Assembly (NCBI GenBank): GCA_964016885.1
Contig: OZ024741.1
Location: 93,062,001 to 93,126,000 of the forward strand
Length of the DNA stretch: 64,000 bases
Reading direction: 5' to 3'
Source: Eledone cirrhosa
Taxonomy: Eukaryota
Numbering within the stretch: position 1 is the stretch's first letter; the number at the start of each line of letters is the position of its first letter. A model generated the notes under the pieces. It saw nothing but the letters and a program-made list of their open reading frames with translations, was not told the DNA's origin and did not search any database. Shown here in pieces: positions 1 to 13,574 of this stretch. The position numbers were made by a program, and so were the translations under genes.

Positions 1-1754
1 TCTGTTGTACTCTTCCCAGGCACAAAACCAAACTGCATCTCATCTAGTTTGACCCTTTCTCTAATTAGTTGTGCTAAAATCCTTTCTGCCACTTTCATAA
101 CCTGATCTATCAGTTTTATACCCCTATAATTGCTCCTCTCCAAAGCATCCCCTTTACCTTTGTAGCAATTTATGAGAATACTGCTGCACCAGTCTTTGGG
201 TATGACACCACCATATATAGCCTGATTGATTATGCGTGCAACCAGTTTAGTGCCTACGTCCCCTGATGCCTTCAGCATCTCAGCAACTATTCCCGATGGT
301 CCGGCCGCCTTACCATTTTTCATTTCCCTAATCGCCTCTTGGACCCTATATTCGTCAATCTCAATAGCTGGTCCCTCTGTCGGATCTACCAAGGGTAATT
401 TCTCTCTCTCCCATTCGTTCTCCACATTCATCAGTCTCTCATAATGACATTTCCAGGCCTCCTTTTTCTGGTCATTCGTGACACTAAGTACACCGGCATC
501 ATCCCGGACACATTTATCACCAACAACATCCTGATTTGCATTGACACACTGCCTTGCAATGTGGAACACCGCACGCCTCTGATCTTCCCGTCGCAGAACA
601 TTGGCAAACCTCCTCCTACTCTCTGCCTCCCTGCGTGCTAAGTACACCTGACGTCTAGCTTCTCTCTTAGTGGCTGTATATTCTTCCCTACTCCCACCCT
701 TATTCCAAGCCTTCCATGCTAGTCTTTTGTCTCTAATAGCCTTATCTACACTGCTGTTCCACCACCAGGTCACTCTCTGTCTGGTTGGAGCTCTGCTCCA
801 GCCACAGGTTTCATCAGTAGCCTTCAGCAAGTTGTCACGTAAGAACTTCCAGTTATTATCTATGTCATACGTCTCTAAATCGTCTTCTTTTTCGTCATAT
901 ACATCTTGAAGGGCTTTCCTAAATTTGAATTTTAGTGAAAGGTCTTTTAGCTTCCAGACCTTTCTTCTCCACACCTTCCTATATGTCTCATTCCATCTCT
1001 TGCTTACTGAGATATCACTAACAACTAACCTATGCTGTGGGGTACATTCTTCCCCAGGGTATGCCTTGGTATTAGACACTATCTGCCTGTCCCGCTGCCT
1101 AACTAGCAGGAAGTCAATCTGGCTTATGTGCTCACCAGATTTGTAGGTTATTAGGTGATTGGCAGGTTTCTGGAAGTTTGTGTTGCAAATAGTCAATGTA
1201 CTTGCATCACAAAATTCAAGAAGTCTCACTCCTTCTTCATTTCTTGAACCGTAACCGTGCCCACCATGTACCCCAGTGTAACCATCCTGGAGCTGTCCAA
1301 CATGACCATTGAAGTCTCCTGCTAGCATAACGATGTCTCCGTCCTCTGTCATTGTGGTTGTTTGCAAAACTTGCTCATAAAAGCAGTCTTTCTCATCTTT
1401 GCCTAGGCCTGCTTGGGGAGCATAGACCGAGATGATTGTCAGTAGTCTCCTACCTACAACTAATCTAAGCTTAATTATTCGATTACTAACTCGAACTACC
1501 TCTATTGTCTTATTGATCCATTTCTCAGCCAGGAAAATGCCTACTCCCCCTAACCCATCATTCTTACCTACCCAGAATAGCTTATAGCTAAGACGCTTGC
1601 CTACGACTAGTCTCGCAGAGGCACCCCTCCATCTCACCTCTTGCACGCAGCACACATCCACCTGCCTTCTCTCCAGCATCTCCGCTATTTCAGCAGACCT
1701 ACCTCTGAGAGTGCCAACATTAAGTGTTGCAACTCTGAGATGCGACGTCTTCAT
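1..1754 (-). mobile_element. RTE-clade LINE ORF (APE endonuclease and start of RT), running off the left window edge
   Basis: Minus strand from ATG at 1754 reads MKTSHLRVATLNVGTLRGRSAEIAEMLERRQVDVCCVQEVRW... and ends ...[15 protein letters not shown] at base 1. Homologous to, but diverged from, the RTE at 50449-53554. Confidence 0.92.
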
Positions 1755-1809
1755 ATTTTTTTTTTTCTATGCTGTTTTGTTGCTGTGCTGATAAGCTTTT
1801 TGGCATTGA

Positions 1810-1900
1810 TACACTGGTTGGATGCCCTTCCTAACACCAGCGCCACTTTACAGCATGGTCTGGGTGCTTTTATTTGTGCCACCAGCACTAGAGAGGATGT
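1810..1900 (-). mobile_element. Degenerate RTE/SINE 3'-tail fragment
   Basis: Contains ggatgcccttcctaacacc...tttacag...gggtgctttt, also present in the RTE 3' UTRs of this window. Confidence 0.65.
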
Positions 1901-2199
1901 CTTACTAGACTCAAGGGCCCTCTCTACCCCTCCATTTTACAGCATGGTCATTAAAAAAAAAAATAAAAAAAAAAAGAAACTTATTGACACGACTCACACA
2001 CTAATACTCATGCATACAAACCACAACCACACATACCAACACTCATTCATGCATACAATCATGCACACCACTCACAAACATATATATATATACATATATT
2101 ACCGACAGTACTGATACAAAATCAAAATCAAAGTCAAAATCGTCAAAATCACTATCATGTCAACTGTTGACCTTTCCCAGTCCAGTTCGGCTTGTATAT

Positions 2200-2550
2200 A
2201 ATAACAATAACAATAATAATTGTTTGTTTACGCTGGTAATGGCGGTGGTGGATGGTGTCAGTGTGGTGGTGGTGGTGGTGGCAGTTGTTGTTATTGTAGT
2301 TGTTACTGTTGTTGTTGTCCTTCATTTCACTGCTGCTGTTGCTGCAGACAATGGTGTTGATGCTGTTATTGCTGTCGCATATATACAAATACATACACAC
2401 ACATTCAACACAGACGATGGTGTTGTTGTTGTTGTTGTTGGTGTTGCTGCTGTTGTTGTTGTAGTTGTTGCTGTGTTGAAATCTGGTCGCATCCACTGAG
2501 ATATACATATACACACACATACACATATGTATATACACATACATACATCA
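2200..2550. repeat. Compound (GTT/GGT/GCT)n trinucleotide and (CA/TA)n low-complexity tract
   Basis: Directly visible. Confidence 0.85.
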
Positions 2551-2814
2551 AAAGAGAGTCAGCAGTATGTCAACAGGGGACAGGACAGCGACCTTAGAGT
2601 AATGTGGTGATGGTGGGGAGCGAGTGTAGGCGTTATTGTTAGTGTGGTGACGGGGGGGGGGGGGGTCGGTCAGTGAGATGTTACAAGTTCATAGATCACT
2701 TCTCTCTTTTCCTCTCTCTTCAAAATTTTGAATTTATGGCCTTTTGCAATGGCGGACAAGTATATATAATATATATATATATGAAGCAAAGAAAAGAAAA
2801 TTTTTTTTTCACTG

Positions 2815-3072
2815 ATATGAAAGATTTCCTGGTAGAAGTTCAGGTGTATTCAGTAATTGGTATCCAGTTTCGGGGTATCCAATTAGAAAATCCAACGAAT
2901 CTTTAAAAGGGGTCCACGCAACCATTGATATATATATCTATATATGTAAAATGCAAGCAGAAATGACAACGAAAGATTTCCTGGTAGAAGTTCAGGTGTA
3001 TTCAGTGTTGGTATCCAGTGTTAGGGTATCCAATTAGAAAATCCAACGAATTTTTGAGAGGGGTCCACGCAA
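2815..3072. repeat. About 100-bp direct duplication ending in aggggtccacgcaa; possible MITE remnant
   Basis: gaaagatttcctggtagaagttcaggtgtattcagt...ggtatccaattagaaaatccaacgaat...ggggtccacgcaa occurs at about 2820-2921 and 2972-3072. Confidence 0.6.
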
Positions 3073-3079
3073 GCATATA

Positions 3080-3343
3080 TATAGATATATATATGTATAT
3101 ATGCAAAATGCAAGCAGAAATAACAACACATATACTAATGAACATACATTAAACACAGAGGGACTGTAAATGATAATAGCAATATCTAGATATAAATATA
3201 TAAATGTACATATCTCTATTGGTCTCATAAATTTTAAATTTTCTCTTTCCTCTTGTGTGTGTGTAGCAACACGTGGTTGTGTGTTGCTGCTGACTCTAGC
3301 AGAGCCCAAGAAAACACGTCTTGCCCTAACAGCCGCTGCTCCC
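3080..3343 (-). mobile_element. Orphan LINE 5' end/5' UTR abutting a TA tract
   Basis: Minus strand gggagcagcggctgttagggcaAGACGTGttttc...agcagcaacacacaaccac resembles the 5' end of the LINE at 27079 (gagcagttgaagtataaGGACGTGttttt...agcagcaagtcacacagccac). Left boundary approximate. Confidence 0.5.
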
Positions 3344-3920
3344 TATATATTATATATAATATATATTATATATAATATATATTATATATTATATATATAT
3401 ATAATATATATTATATATAATATATATTATATATTATATATATATATAATATATATTATATATAATATATATTATATAATATATATATATATTATATATA
3501 TTATATATCTATATATTATATATAATATATATATATATTATATATAATATATATATATATTATATATATAATATATATATATATTATATATAATATATAT
3601 ATATATTATATATAATATATATATATATTATATATATTATATATATTATATATAATATATATTATATATAATATATATTATATATAATATATATTATATA
3701 TATATATATTATATATAATATATATTATATATAATATATATAATATATATATATTATATATATATTATATATATATATTATATATATTATATATATATAT
3801 ATTATATATATTATATATATATATATTATATATATATTATATATATATATTATATATTATATATATATATATTATATATAATATATATTATATATAATAT
3901 ATATATATAATATATATTAT
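3344..3920. repeat. (TA)n-derived tract, variant unit tatattatatataa
   Basis: Directly visible; the same variant recurs at 4961-5000 and 5413-5620. Confidence 0.97.
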
Positions 3921-4960
3921 CATCATCATCATCATCAGGTTTAGCGTCCGTGTTCCACGCTTGCATGGGTTTGGACGGGGGTTTTCCCACTTGAGGCAAG
4001 AGTGGTTGTCTTGCTCGCACAGGACTGTCTGGCGGGTTTTCTACAGTTGGATGCCCTTCCTAACACCAGCCACATTTACAGTGTGGGGCTGGGAGGTTTT
4101 TACCGTGTTGCCTACACGGCCACATTACAGCGTGGACTGTCTGGCGGGTTTTCTACAGCTGGATGCCCTTCCTAACACCAACCACATTTACAGTGTGGGG
4201 CTGGGAGGTTTTTACCGTGTTGCCTACACGGCCACATTTACAGCGTGGACTGTGTGTTTTTTTGTCGTGACACCTACACGATCTCATTTGTTTCGGCCTG
4301 GATGTTGTTGGACCAACATAACTGTACATTGAAAGGGGCGGTGTGGATGGGGTGGAGGTGGTGGTGGTGGTGGTGGTGGGGGGGGGGGGGGGTGATAGAG
4401 ATGCCTACTGACTGTAGTAGGTTTTTACTTTGTATTTAGGTAAGGCGGGTCTTCTCTATTACTGAGTACCGCCAAAGGTCTCGGTCCAGTGACATTGTCT
4501 TGGAGAGGTGTAAGCATGTGAGGTCGGAATTTATCAGCTCGTCCCATGTTTTTCTGGGTCTGCCTACTCCGTGGCTACCGTCTATCTTTATTGCCCTGCA
4601 CTTTGTTATACAGCTGTCGTCCCTCATGCGCATCACGTGACCGTACCAACGTAGCCTTCTCTTGAGTAAACAACATCTGATCCCTCTTATTTCTAATTTT
4701 TTCCTTAGTTCGTTTATGCTTTGCCGTTCACGTATATTACTATTGCACATCCAGCGGAGCATGCAAGCTTCGTTCCTCTCTAGTCTGCGTATATCCTCTG
4801 CACACAATGCCCAGGTCTCACTGCCATGCAGCATTGCTGTTCGTATGCAGGCATCGTATAACCTGCCTTTCATTTTTAGGGAGAACCCTTTAGCGGCTAA
4901 TAGTGGTATAAGCTCTCTGAACTTTTTCCATCCAGTTCTGACTCTAGCTACTGTACTTTC
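3921..4960 (-). mobile_element. 5'-truncated RTE LINE with (TGA)n tail and ~110-bp tandem duplication in the 3' UTR
   Basis: ORF 4436-4873 encodes the RTE C-terminus ([17 protein letters not shown]...[11 protein letters not shown]...GRPRKTW); catcatcat tail at 3921. Confidence 0.95.
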
Positions 4961-5000
4961 ATATATATTATATATAATATATATTATATATAATATATAT

Positions 5001-5412
5001 CATCATCATCATCAACGTTTAACGTCCGTGTTCCACGCTTGCATGGGTTTGGACGGGGGTAGTCCCACTTGAGGCAAGAGTGACTGTCTGGCAGGTTTTC
5101 TACAGTTGGATGCCCTTCCTAACACCAACCACATTTACAGTGTGGGTCTGGGAGGTTTTTACCGTGTTGCCTACACGGCCACATTACAGCGTGGACTGTG
5201 TGTTTTTTTGTCGTGACACCTACACGATCTCATTTGTTTCGGCCTCGATGGCGCGGCACCAACATAACTTTACATAGAACGGGGTGGTGTGGATGGGGTG
5301 GTGGTGGTGACACGGGGTGTATTTTGTTAGAGATGCCTACTGGCTGGAGTAGGTTTTACTATATATTTAGGTAAGGCGGGTCTTCTCTGTTACTGAGTAC
5401 CGCCAAAGGTCT
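5001..5412 (-). mobile_element. Short 5'-truncated RTE (3' UTR plus last codons)
   Basis: Near-identical to 34545-34990; flanked by TA tracts on both sides. Confidence 0.93.
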
Positions 5413-6087
5413 CTATATATATATAATATATATATATATTATATATATATTATATATATATATTATATATAATATATATATATATTATATATATATATTA
5501 TATATATATTATATATATATATTATATATATATTATATATATTATATATATATATTATATATAATATATATATATATTATATATATATATAATATATATT
5601 ATATATATATATATATATATACATACATGCACACATATATATGTACGTTTGGATTCCTTGAACATTTATTATAATGCTCGGTGTGTTTGTAAACAAACAT
5701 CCCGTATTAAGCTGTAGTGTCTAGCAACCATCGTTGCTCGTTTGTTCAACACTGACAAAGGAAGGTTGTACTAGTTTCAAGCTTATTAGCTTTCGTCAGC
5801 AACGTATACCTTCCTTCCAGATTGTTGAACGTATATACTTACCTTATGCATATTAACGGCTGAGTAGCCCAATTTGCATATCGAGTGGGTTAATCAGCCG
5901 GGTGCACCGAAAACGATAAACGGAAAAAATGAAACGAAATTTCATTTCCCAATCTTAGTACGGCTGTTACTTAAATATAAGTACGTACACATACATACAT
6001 ATATGTATACAGACGTACAGTAGTATGTATATATATATATACATACATGCACACATATATATATATGTACGTATATATATAAACTCA

Positions 6088-6428
6088 TGGAGGCACATGG
6101 CTTAGAGGTTAGAACATTGGCCTTGCAATCAAAAGGTTGTGAGTTCAATTCTCAGACCGGGTGATGTGTTGTTTCCTTGTGCAAGACACTTTATTTCACG
6201 TTGCTCCAGTTTACTCAGCTGTAGAAATGAGATGATAGGGACTGGGGTCCATATCATTCCACTGCAAAGTGGTTGTGGAGGTGCCACGTCAAAAAAGCAC
6301 CCAGCACTCACTGTAAATGAGGTTGGTGTTAGGAAGGGCATCCAGCTGTAGAAATCAAGCCAGAATCAGTTCCCGTCCCACCCTTGCAAGCAGGGAAAAG
6401 TGGACGTAAAATGATGATGATGATGATG
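6088..6428 (+). mobile_element. tRNA-derived SINE with RTE-derived 3' tail
   Basis: A-box-like TGGCTTAGAGG, B-box-like GAGTTCAATTC, a central core, then ~70 nt matching the RTE 3' UTR at ~54855-54926 and an (ATG)n tail. Confidence 0.85.
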
Positions 6429-8399
6429 TATATATATATATGTGTGTGTGTGTGTGTTTGTGTTCCAAATACCATCTTAATGAGGAAGTTACTAAATTGT
6501 TCTAAATTTTTGATTGTTTGAATACAATGGGTAGTGTCTTTCATTAGAAATGCAATAATTACTATGGTGACAACTCCCTACCTACCTTTTCATCTTTCAG
6601 TCTCTCTCAATAACAACAACCTGTCATTATAGTGAAAGTCTCTTTAAAGTTTGTGTTGTGTTGTCTATATGTTGAAGGGCATACAGAAACACATACACAC
6701 AAACAACAAAATAAAAAATTATGTATTATATATGTATATATACATGTGTGACAGACAGATGAAGAAACAGCTCTTCTTTTATAATATAGTCATTTTACAT
6801 TAGATAGTCTGTAGTTTTTGTTATACATTCTACATTTTGTTGTTCTTTGTTCTTATTTGCTTGTTATTTATTGTATGGTTGTTTTGTTCTCTAATGCAGA
6901 TTTCAGTGAGGACCAAATGATACACATTCTACTACTTCATGATGATGTAACTCTCCAGTACTTTATGCCTTCTGTGTCATCCTAAATGTGGGCTTTTATG
7001 AAAACTTGACTTCTGTGAACAAAAAATGATAAACAAAATGGATTTATTCAGTCCAAAGAACAACTCTTCTATTATCACAATTTCACATTAGTACACATTA
7101 GTTTGATAAATATTTGTGTAATTACCGATGTTATAATCAGTGACTCTTTAAAAATAGAAGGTAAGTTCCTGGAAAAATACCTTTTAAACCTGGTTTTCAT
7201 TGTCAATTATAACTTTCACTTCACTCATGTTACTAATGCTTTTGAGAAAGGCATCACAGCAGAACTTCTTTCTCTTATCCTTATATGTCTGGAGAGAACA
7301 GTAGAAAACCACTTCAGTTGATCTTCTAGTCATGTTATGTTTATTTCCTCACTGTCATATGTATATGTATATATATCCTCTTTATTACAACACACAGGTC
7401 ATGTTATACATACACATACTTGGGGGACAGGGGACCCTGTCATCAAAACACTTGAGAAACTTTTTATGAAATGCAACCTTGTAGGAATCCTGCTAAACCT
7501 ACATAAGTGTAAGCTAAAAAAAAATCTATTCATACTTACTTAGATTATGAAAATCATGTCATGTTATATCGGTATCTTCCTTGAGATGTTGTAGTCATGT
7601 AATGTTCATACAACTAAGATACGATACAGTCCAGTTATGTTGATATCATTGATATATGACACATTCATGTCATAAATCTGAACCCCCAGATACAACAAAA
7701 TGATACATTTATCTTGCATAACAGTGACCAAAGCCATTCTAATTAATGGTATGAAGGCCTTACACATCAGGGCTGCAGCCATCATGTTACAGAAACTATC
7801 ATTCTATTATGCAATCATTAGTGCACATACACAAAATCAAATCAACTACCAATTAGCAAACTCTAACCATAAAAAAGAAATCAATTTCAAATTACATTAT
7901 GTTCACACAACACAACTCTAAAAACAAAAACCCACTAAGCTAATAACAATCTCAATGAATAAACCATTGACTTAATTAAAACCAGAGCTGACTGAAATCA
8001 AATTACAACTCAACTAACCCTGTAACTTAAAGCATTAACTTAATCCTTTTGTTACCATATTTCTAATGCAAAGCACTGCATGTGATTTTCAAATAATTTT
8101 GAAAATAATTATAATGGAAGGTTTAAATTTAAATATGCACACATTAAAAGAAACCGATTGAACTAGGGGCGGTTTGGTAACAAATGTTAATAATTAGATA
8201 AAGCCAGAACTGAACAGATCACAACCAAACAAAATTAAATAGGGTAAATAAATAAAAATAAAAAGATTTAGATAAAGCGACACAAGAATAGAAGCATATT
8301 ACACTAAGATACTCAACTAAACAAACAGTTAAATAGACTAAACAAATATTGAAATCAGAAATTTTAAACTAAATAACAAGATTAAAGTAAATTTCAATA

Positions 8400-9350
8400 A
8401 GATCAGCTTGCCCATGTTGTATTTCCTCATGTTACGCCATGCGTTTTTGATATCTGTGAAGCTATGGAATATCAGCTGTTAGTGTTGATTATATTTCTCA
8501 CACAACCTGGAGATTGAATATCTGTTATATGGTGTTTCTTCCTTTACGAAATCCAGCTTGTTCATCCATTTGTTGGTTGAATCATTTCAGAATCACTTTA
8601 AGCATGTTTTTTTTTTTAAAGTCCCAAAGAAGGCATGAAGCCAATTAGTGTAAGGAAGTATGAAGAAGAAATTAAGACAAAAAAGGAATGAATTTACTTT
8701 AGACTTGAAAGAGTTCAGATCATAAGCAGAAGGAAACAATGAGATAGAAGAAAGCTCCAAAGTCTGGCAATTAGCATGACTGATAAGGCACATAGTATGA
8801 TAGTTTGAATACTGTTCAAAATTGCCTTTCTTGGGCAGAGTGGTGACTAGTGATTGTGTCCAAAAGGTCAGCCAGATTTTGTTGCACATGCAAATAAGGA
8901 TGCGTACAACCACTTTCTTCTCATGTTTGGCTTTATTTAGCCACACTTTGGTTCTGGTTTTCACTTGGTTGATTCCTGTCTGGAAACAATTTTGCACCAG
9001 TATATAATGAATTTAGTTGTGATATATTCTGTCTTGTGCATGTCATATCCAATTTCAATATGCTTTGTACTCTAGTAGTGTGTAGCCAATGTCGGGTTAT
9101 TGTAGCTAGCGAATTTCAGCCTACTTGACCTCTTTCATTTGATGAGTAGTTTCATGATGGGTTATTGTAGTTGTTCCAGTTTTCCAATGTATTGACGCCA
9201 ACTTTTGCATTCCAGTCTCCCTGGATGTTGATAGATTAACTTCCCTGCTTGGGTTCAGGGAGGTCCTATTTTTAAGGTTTTAACTGTTTCTGCCCCTGCA
9301 CATATTTTCAACCTCGATGAGGGCTGCTCTGTAGATTTTTATGAGTACCA
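8400..9350 (-). mobile_element. Old, internally deleted RTE LINE remnant
   Basis: Minus-strand pieces IQGDWNAKVG (APE), WTQSLVTTLPKKGN..SNYHTMCLISHA and DEQAGFRKGRNT..IFNL (RT). Confidence 0.8.
8607..8772 (-). mobile_element. Poly(A)-tailed LINE 3' fragment nested in the RTE remnant, with agcatg target-site duplication
   Basis: Encodes FPSAYDLNSFKSKVNSFL, typical of CR1/Jockey-group ORF2 ends; T-run at ~8607-8617; agcatg on both sides, splitting the RTE ISHA motif. Confidence 0.7.
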
Positions 9351-9442
9351 TATTTTTATACTAGTGAAAAGATAAAGTTACTTCCCATTTAAAGTTGCCC
9401 TTTGGTAATCTGAAATTGCTTTGATTTGTAACCCCAGGGATT

Positions 9443-9662
9443 AGGGTGGTGGATTGGCAGTATCAGTAGAGTGTTGGGCGGCATGCTTTGTGGCATAGTT
9501 ACAGCCCTTTATGTTCTGCATTCAAATACTGCTGAGGTTGGCTTTGTCTTTCATCTTTATGGGGTTGATAAAATAAAGCACCAGTAATGCACGGGGGTCA
9601 ATTTAATCGACTCTCCCCTCCCTTAAAATTGTTGGCCTTGTGTCTAAATCAGAAACCATTAT
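9443..9662 (+). mobile_element. Decayed tRNA-derived SINE (octopus-type)
   Basis: ggtggtggattggcag...gttctgcattcaaat...ctttgtctttcatctttatggggttgataaaataagcaccag...ggggtcaatttaatcgact matches my recollection of an abundant octopus SINE consensus. Confidence 0.75.
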
Positions 9663-10089
9663 TACCTCCTGGGATAGCTTTTATTGGATTTTAAATTACC
9701 ACTATTCATGTTATATTCCTCTCTGAATTAGCTCAAATATATTCACTCATGTTTATTGTATAAAACATATGAATCATAATGTTAAAAAAAAAAAAAAAAA
9801 TATCACAAGCATGTTAAATTTTTAAATCCCTCTCTCTAAACATTTATTGTGGCTGTTTTTAAAAAAAGCAATCTTTAAATATAAGATTCAGATTGCAAAT
9901 TGTAATTTTTTCTATTTAAAGAAATTACCTTTACAGCAATATGAACAAAACCACTAAATTAATATTTCTATATTTATTGACATGATTTACAACGAATTAT
10001 GTGAAGAATAGAAGATTCAACAAATTGATTGAATGAACGTAAGGCTGTGTGATGTTAGTGTCGTTATGAATTGTGTTGAAAATGAATAC

Positions 10090-10500
10090 AGAAATTCTGA
10101 ATGAACTGACCTTCAAACGAAGATGAGTTCACCCTCATGCTCTTGTGCTGGTAGCCAGTTCTTCATACAGGTCATTTGGAATCCTCCCATCTGGCATGCA
10201 GTGTATGTGACCTAACCAGAGCAGACAGCGCTATTAGAACAGGGTGAATATGCTGGGTATCTTAGTGCAGTTGATGACTTTGGTGTTGGTGACTCGGTTG
10301 GTCCATTTGATGTCCAGAATGCATTTTAGGATATGAAAGTGGAAGGTGTTAAGACACCACCCTTGTCTGGCGTAAAGGCTTCATATCTCGCTGCCGTAAA
10401 GTGTGCTGAGGACGCACACATTGTAGACTGTAATCTTGGTGTTTGTGATCAAGTTTTCTGTTCTACCAGACTCTCTTGCTCAACCTGGTGAATGTGGAGG
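10090..10500 (-). mobile_element. RTE (BovB-like) C-terminal remnant
   Basis: Minus-strand pieces ILDIKWTNRVTNTKV, WLGHI and DGRIPNDLYEELATSTR, with frameshifts. Confidence 0.75.
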
Positions 10501-11115
10501 TTGCTCATCTCTTGAAGCACTGCAATATCCACTTGAAGTCGTAGCAGTTTGTTGTTGGTCACTGATCTTTTGAAAAACATCTGACAGACAAGTTGTCATG
10601 GTCTGTATGTTCTAACATCCAAGTCTGAATGCTGGTTTCTTTGTTTCTTTATTGTTTTTCTTGGTGTAGCGTTTACAATACACGATTCAGGATACCAGTA
10701 TCCCTAAGCACCACACACCCAGTGGAGCAGGTGGGCTGTGGCAGGACAGCACCTAATTGGCTATGGACTGTTCAGTGAGGAGCAATGGCCTCTCTCTCCA
10801 TCAAAAGCAATCACTGGTGCCTTACTTTATGGCTTATAACCAGTAGACTGCAGGTTCTCAAGAAATGAAGCTTGACATGTGTTGTATCCAAGGTCGTGAA
10901 CAGCCAACAACCAAAACCTTAGTTATTTGCTTTTTTGTTACCAAGAAAGTTTTTTTATAAACCCCTTGAATGGCAGCTACTCTGTCATTCATATTTCTGG
11001 CAAGTTCCTCATTATGTACAAGGGCACAAATTTGAGGTCCATCAAAGTGGGCATATTTGCGTTAACAACATGATCATCAAAAAGGCCTTCTTGTTCAAGA
11101 AGGCCTTTTTGTGCC

Positions 11116-11345
11116 TCAAAAAACTTTTAGCATCATTTTTTCTGCGGAAAGCTGAGTCTTGAATTTTTTTAATGTTAGCAATCCTGGGTGTTTCCACTCC
11201 AAACTCTGCCTTTTGGATTCTGGCTCAAAGTGATGAACCCAGGACTCATTTCCTGTGAGTATTCTCTCCAAAAAAGATTCGCCTTCATTGTTGTAGCAAT
11301 GAAATAAGCTTTGACAGATCTCCACACGATTGCTCTTCAGTAAGT
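11116..11345 (-). mobile_element. Mariner transposase remnant A
   Basis: RVEICQSL...EGESFLERILTGNESWVHHFEPESKRQSLEWKHPG...KKFK.Q.SA.K.ML matches the mariner TGDE-W region. Confidence 0.85.
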
Positions 11346-11349
11346 TCTC

Positions 11350-12120
11350 TAGGCACCTATCTCGCACAGAAAAGTGTCTTGTGTGGCTAAGATCAAACAA
11401 AATGAATACAAAGTGGTGGGCAAAGACAACAGAAAAATGGATGAAACACAAGACAGTCCCTTCTGCCATGTCTAAAAAAAGGTGGTAATCTGATATTGCA
11501 AGGTATTGACTAAGTAGGGTTTGTGCTTGGTCACATTGGCAGTGTGTGCTGGGACATTGTCATGCTGTAGGAGTGTACGTCTTTGATTGACCAATGCAGA
11601 GTAGCGGGCTTCCAAAATATATACTCGCTACAGTTATTGAGCATAAAGGTCAGCGTTCACATGATCATCTGGGACACCCCCTCGAAATTTCACCAAATAC
11701 ACATGACCTTCTGTTCAAACTGACAACAGGTTCTGAAGCCTGGAAGCAACATAAGCCACTGATTTCTTTTACTAGGATTACAAAAAATAGATCCTTTTTT
11801 CATCCCTAATTACAATTTGATGCCAACAATGGGCACCTTGAGTATTTGCCAGCAGTTGTTAGCAAATGTTCACACATTGAGCCTGGTCATTGGTCAGTTC
11901 ATGAGGAACTTCTCAACAGTGTTTGTTCACATGGCCAAGCTTTTGGAGGTGTTGATTGCTGATGCTTTTTGAAGGGCCAAATTCTGCCAACAATGTAGAA
12001 GTGCTTTGTGCTTGGCTGTTGTTCAACTATTTCAAGCAAGGCCTCATCTTTCACAACAGGTTTCTTTCATACATCTACAGAAGCACATGCTTGGACACAT
12101 TGTATTATCAGTGTTGCATC
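11350..12120 (-). mobile_element. Mariner transposase remnant B
   Basis: Minus-strand pieces WHQIVIRDEK, LQHDNVPAHTA and LAISDYHLF (decayed TGDEKW, HDNA and YSPDLAPSDYHLF). Confidence 0.75.
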
Positions 12121-12419
12121 CTTGAGTCAGTGTTTTGCATTTTCAATGTACACCCTCATCCAGGTGATTCAATGAAGGTTTATTAAGCCTCAGCATCTGT
12201 CCAAGTAGTTTTCTACTGACTCCACTGTCCTTTTTTTTTTTTAGCCAGAGCCATCCAGATGCTTTTTTGCTGCTTCATGTTTTTCATAATCTGCCCCCTG
12301 TTCACTCATGTAATACTTAGGGATCCATAGGCCTTACTAAGGGAATGAAATGCAAACTCTCGACTGCTCTAGTCTAGCTTAGAGAAAGAAGTGTCGGTAG
12401 AAATGGAATAGTTAATATT

Positions 12420-13318
12420 TAGACTGAGGTCAATCTTCATTGACATGCACTCATTTTGCCACTAGTACTTTTCTCACTTATGCCTCATCCATCTTCTCCT
12501 TCCAGACCAATTAGCTCCAGTAAAAGGAGCTGTATTGTTACTTCAGAAACTAAGCTGATGTTTTAATTTAACAAGGATTGAGATGTGTGCTTTAAATTGG
12601 GCCTCAATATAACGGAACCAAATAGTTGGACCATGAGGCCAGAATGTCAGGATCCGTAGAGACGGTACTGCTTGTGTCACTGATGATGCTGCCGAAAGTG
12701 CCATGTCATTGATGAAAGTATGACCAACCATGTCAACGTTTTACAGGACTGAGTGATTTTGTATATTCGGGGTCAACAATTGAAGTGAAGTCTGCTGTGT
12801 CTGAGTTGATATGGAGCGAACTTAATTTGAAGAAAAGACAAACACGTTTTAGAAGATTGGTGTTATACATATTTTTATTACTGTTTTAGAAATAACATGA
12901 AAGGCTGATTTACTTTGTTTGTAGATAGGTTTACTTCGTGGAAGTCAAAAGAGAACAATATATAAATTACCGGAGATACAGAATTTGTTGATGTTTCAGG
13001 TCGCTGAATGGATTGAGACCAAAGTATGTGCTGGAGTTTGTTCTTGGAGAGAGAAGGCTCTTAACGTGTTCACTGAAGTAATTTGGTATTTGCCTCCACA
13101 CGTGTCGTGGGAGAAATCTGCTCCGATCTCCAGGGCTGCTACATCGCTAATCAGAGTGAAGGAGCGAAAAGAGAGGAAGAATGCCCTGGCGGTCTCAATA
13201 TATAGTCCCAATGGGCACGTAACTCTGATTACTTCTTGTAGGGAGCACTAGGGGTCACTACCGTCCCAAAGGGATGTAACTCTAATGAGTTCTGGGTTCC
13301 ATCGCTAGGGCCACTACA
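12420..13318 (-). mobile_element. Gypsy-type LTR retrotransposon 5' remnant: LTR 13318-12781, PBS and gag N-terminus
   Basis: On the minus strand the LTR begins TGTAG (13318) and ends CTTCA (12781), with TATA-like and AATAAA signals. It is followed by a PBS-like TGTTGACCCCG and gag-like SLRILTFWPHGPTIWFRYIEAQF (ORF 12543-12731). Confidence 0.75.
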
Positions 13319-13574
13319 ACGTCAAGTATATCAATTCTTTATATACAACAAAACTTCACCCCACAGAAGAGAAATATGATTGCTTCGAATCCTAAAATGG
13401 GTGATCAGAATGTTTAATCAATCCTTTGTGTAGTGCAAGTTGACTTCTATTTTCATTGAGATGTTTTACCTATTTGTGGGCCAAGCTAATCAGTGGGCCC
13501 CCAAATGTATAGAAATGTTGGCATGATTCAGTATCTAATATATATATGATATATATATATATGTTAACACATTA

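Noticed and set aside
226-1791. Plus-strand ORFs over the RTE, and similar antisense ORFs over all LINEs
   Set aside because: Shadow frames of minus-strand TE ORFs with no independent motifs.
2155-2544. Poly-N/T/H ORFs as a possible host exon
   Set aside because: Explained by trinucleotide repeats; no domain or convincing splice context.
5645-5980. Possible MITE between duplicated tacatacatgcacacatatat motifs
   Set aside because: No convincing TIR pair or TSD.
6880-7330. Possible host exon after a pyrimidine-rich ...taatgcag acceptor
   Set aside because: No recognisable protein or clear donor site; cannot be supported without RNA data.
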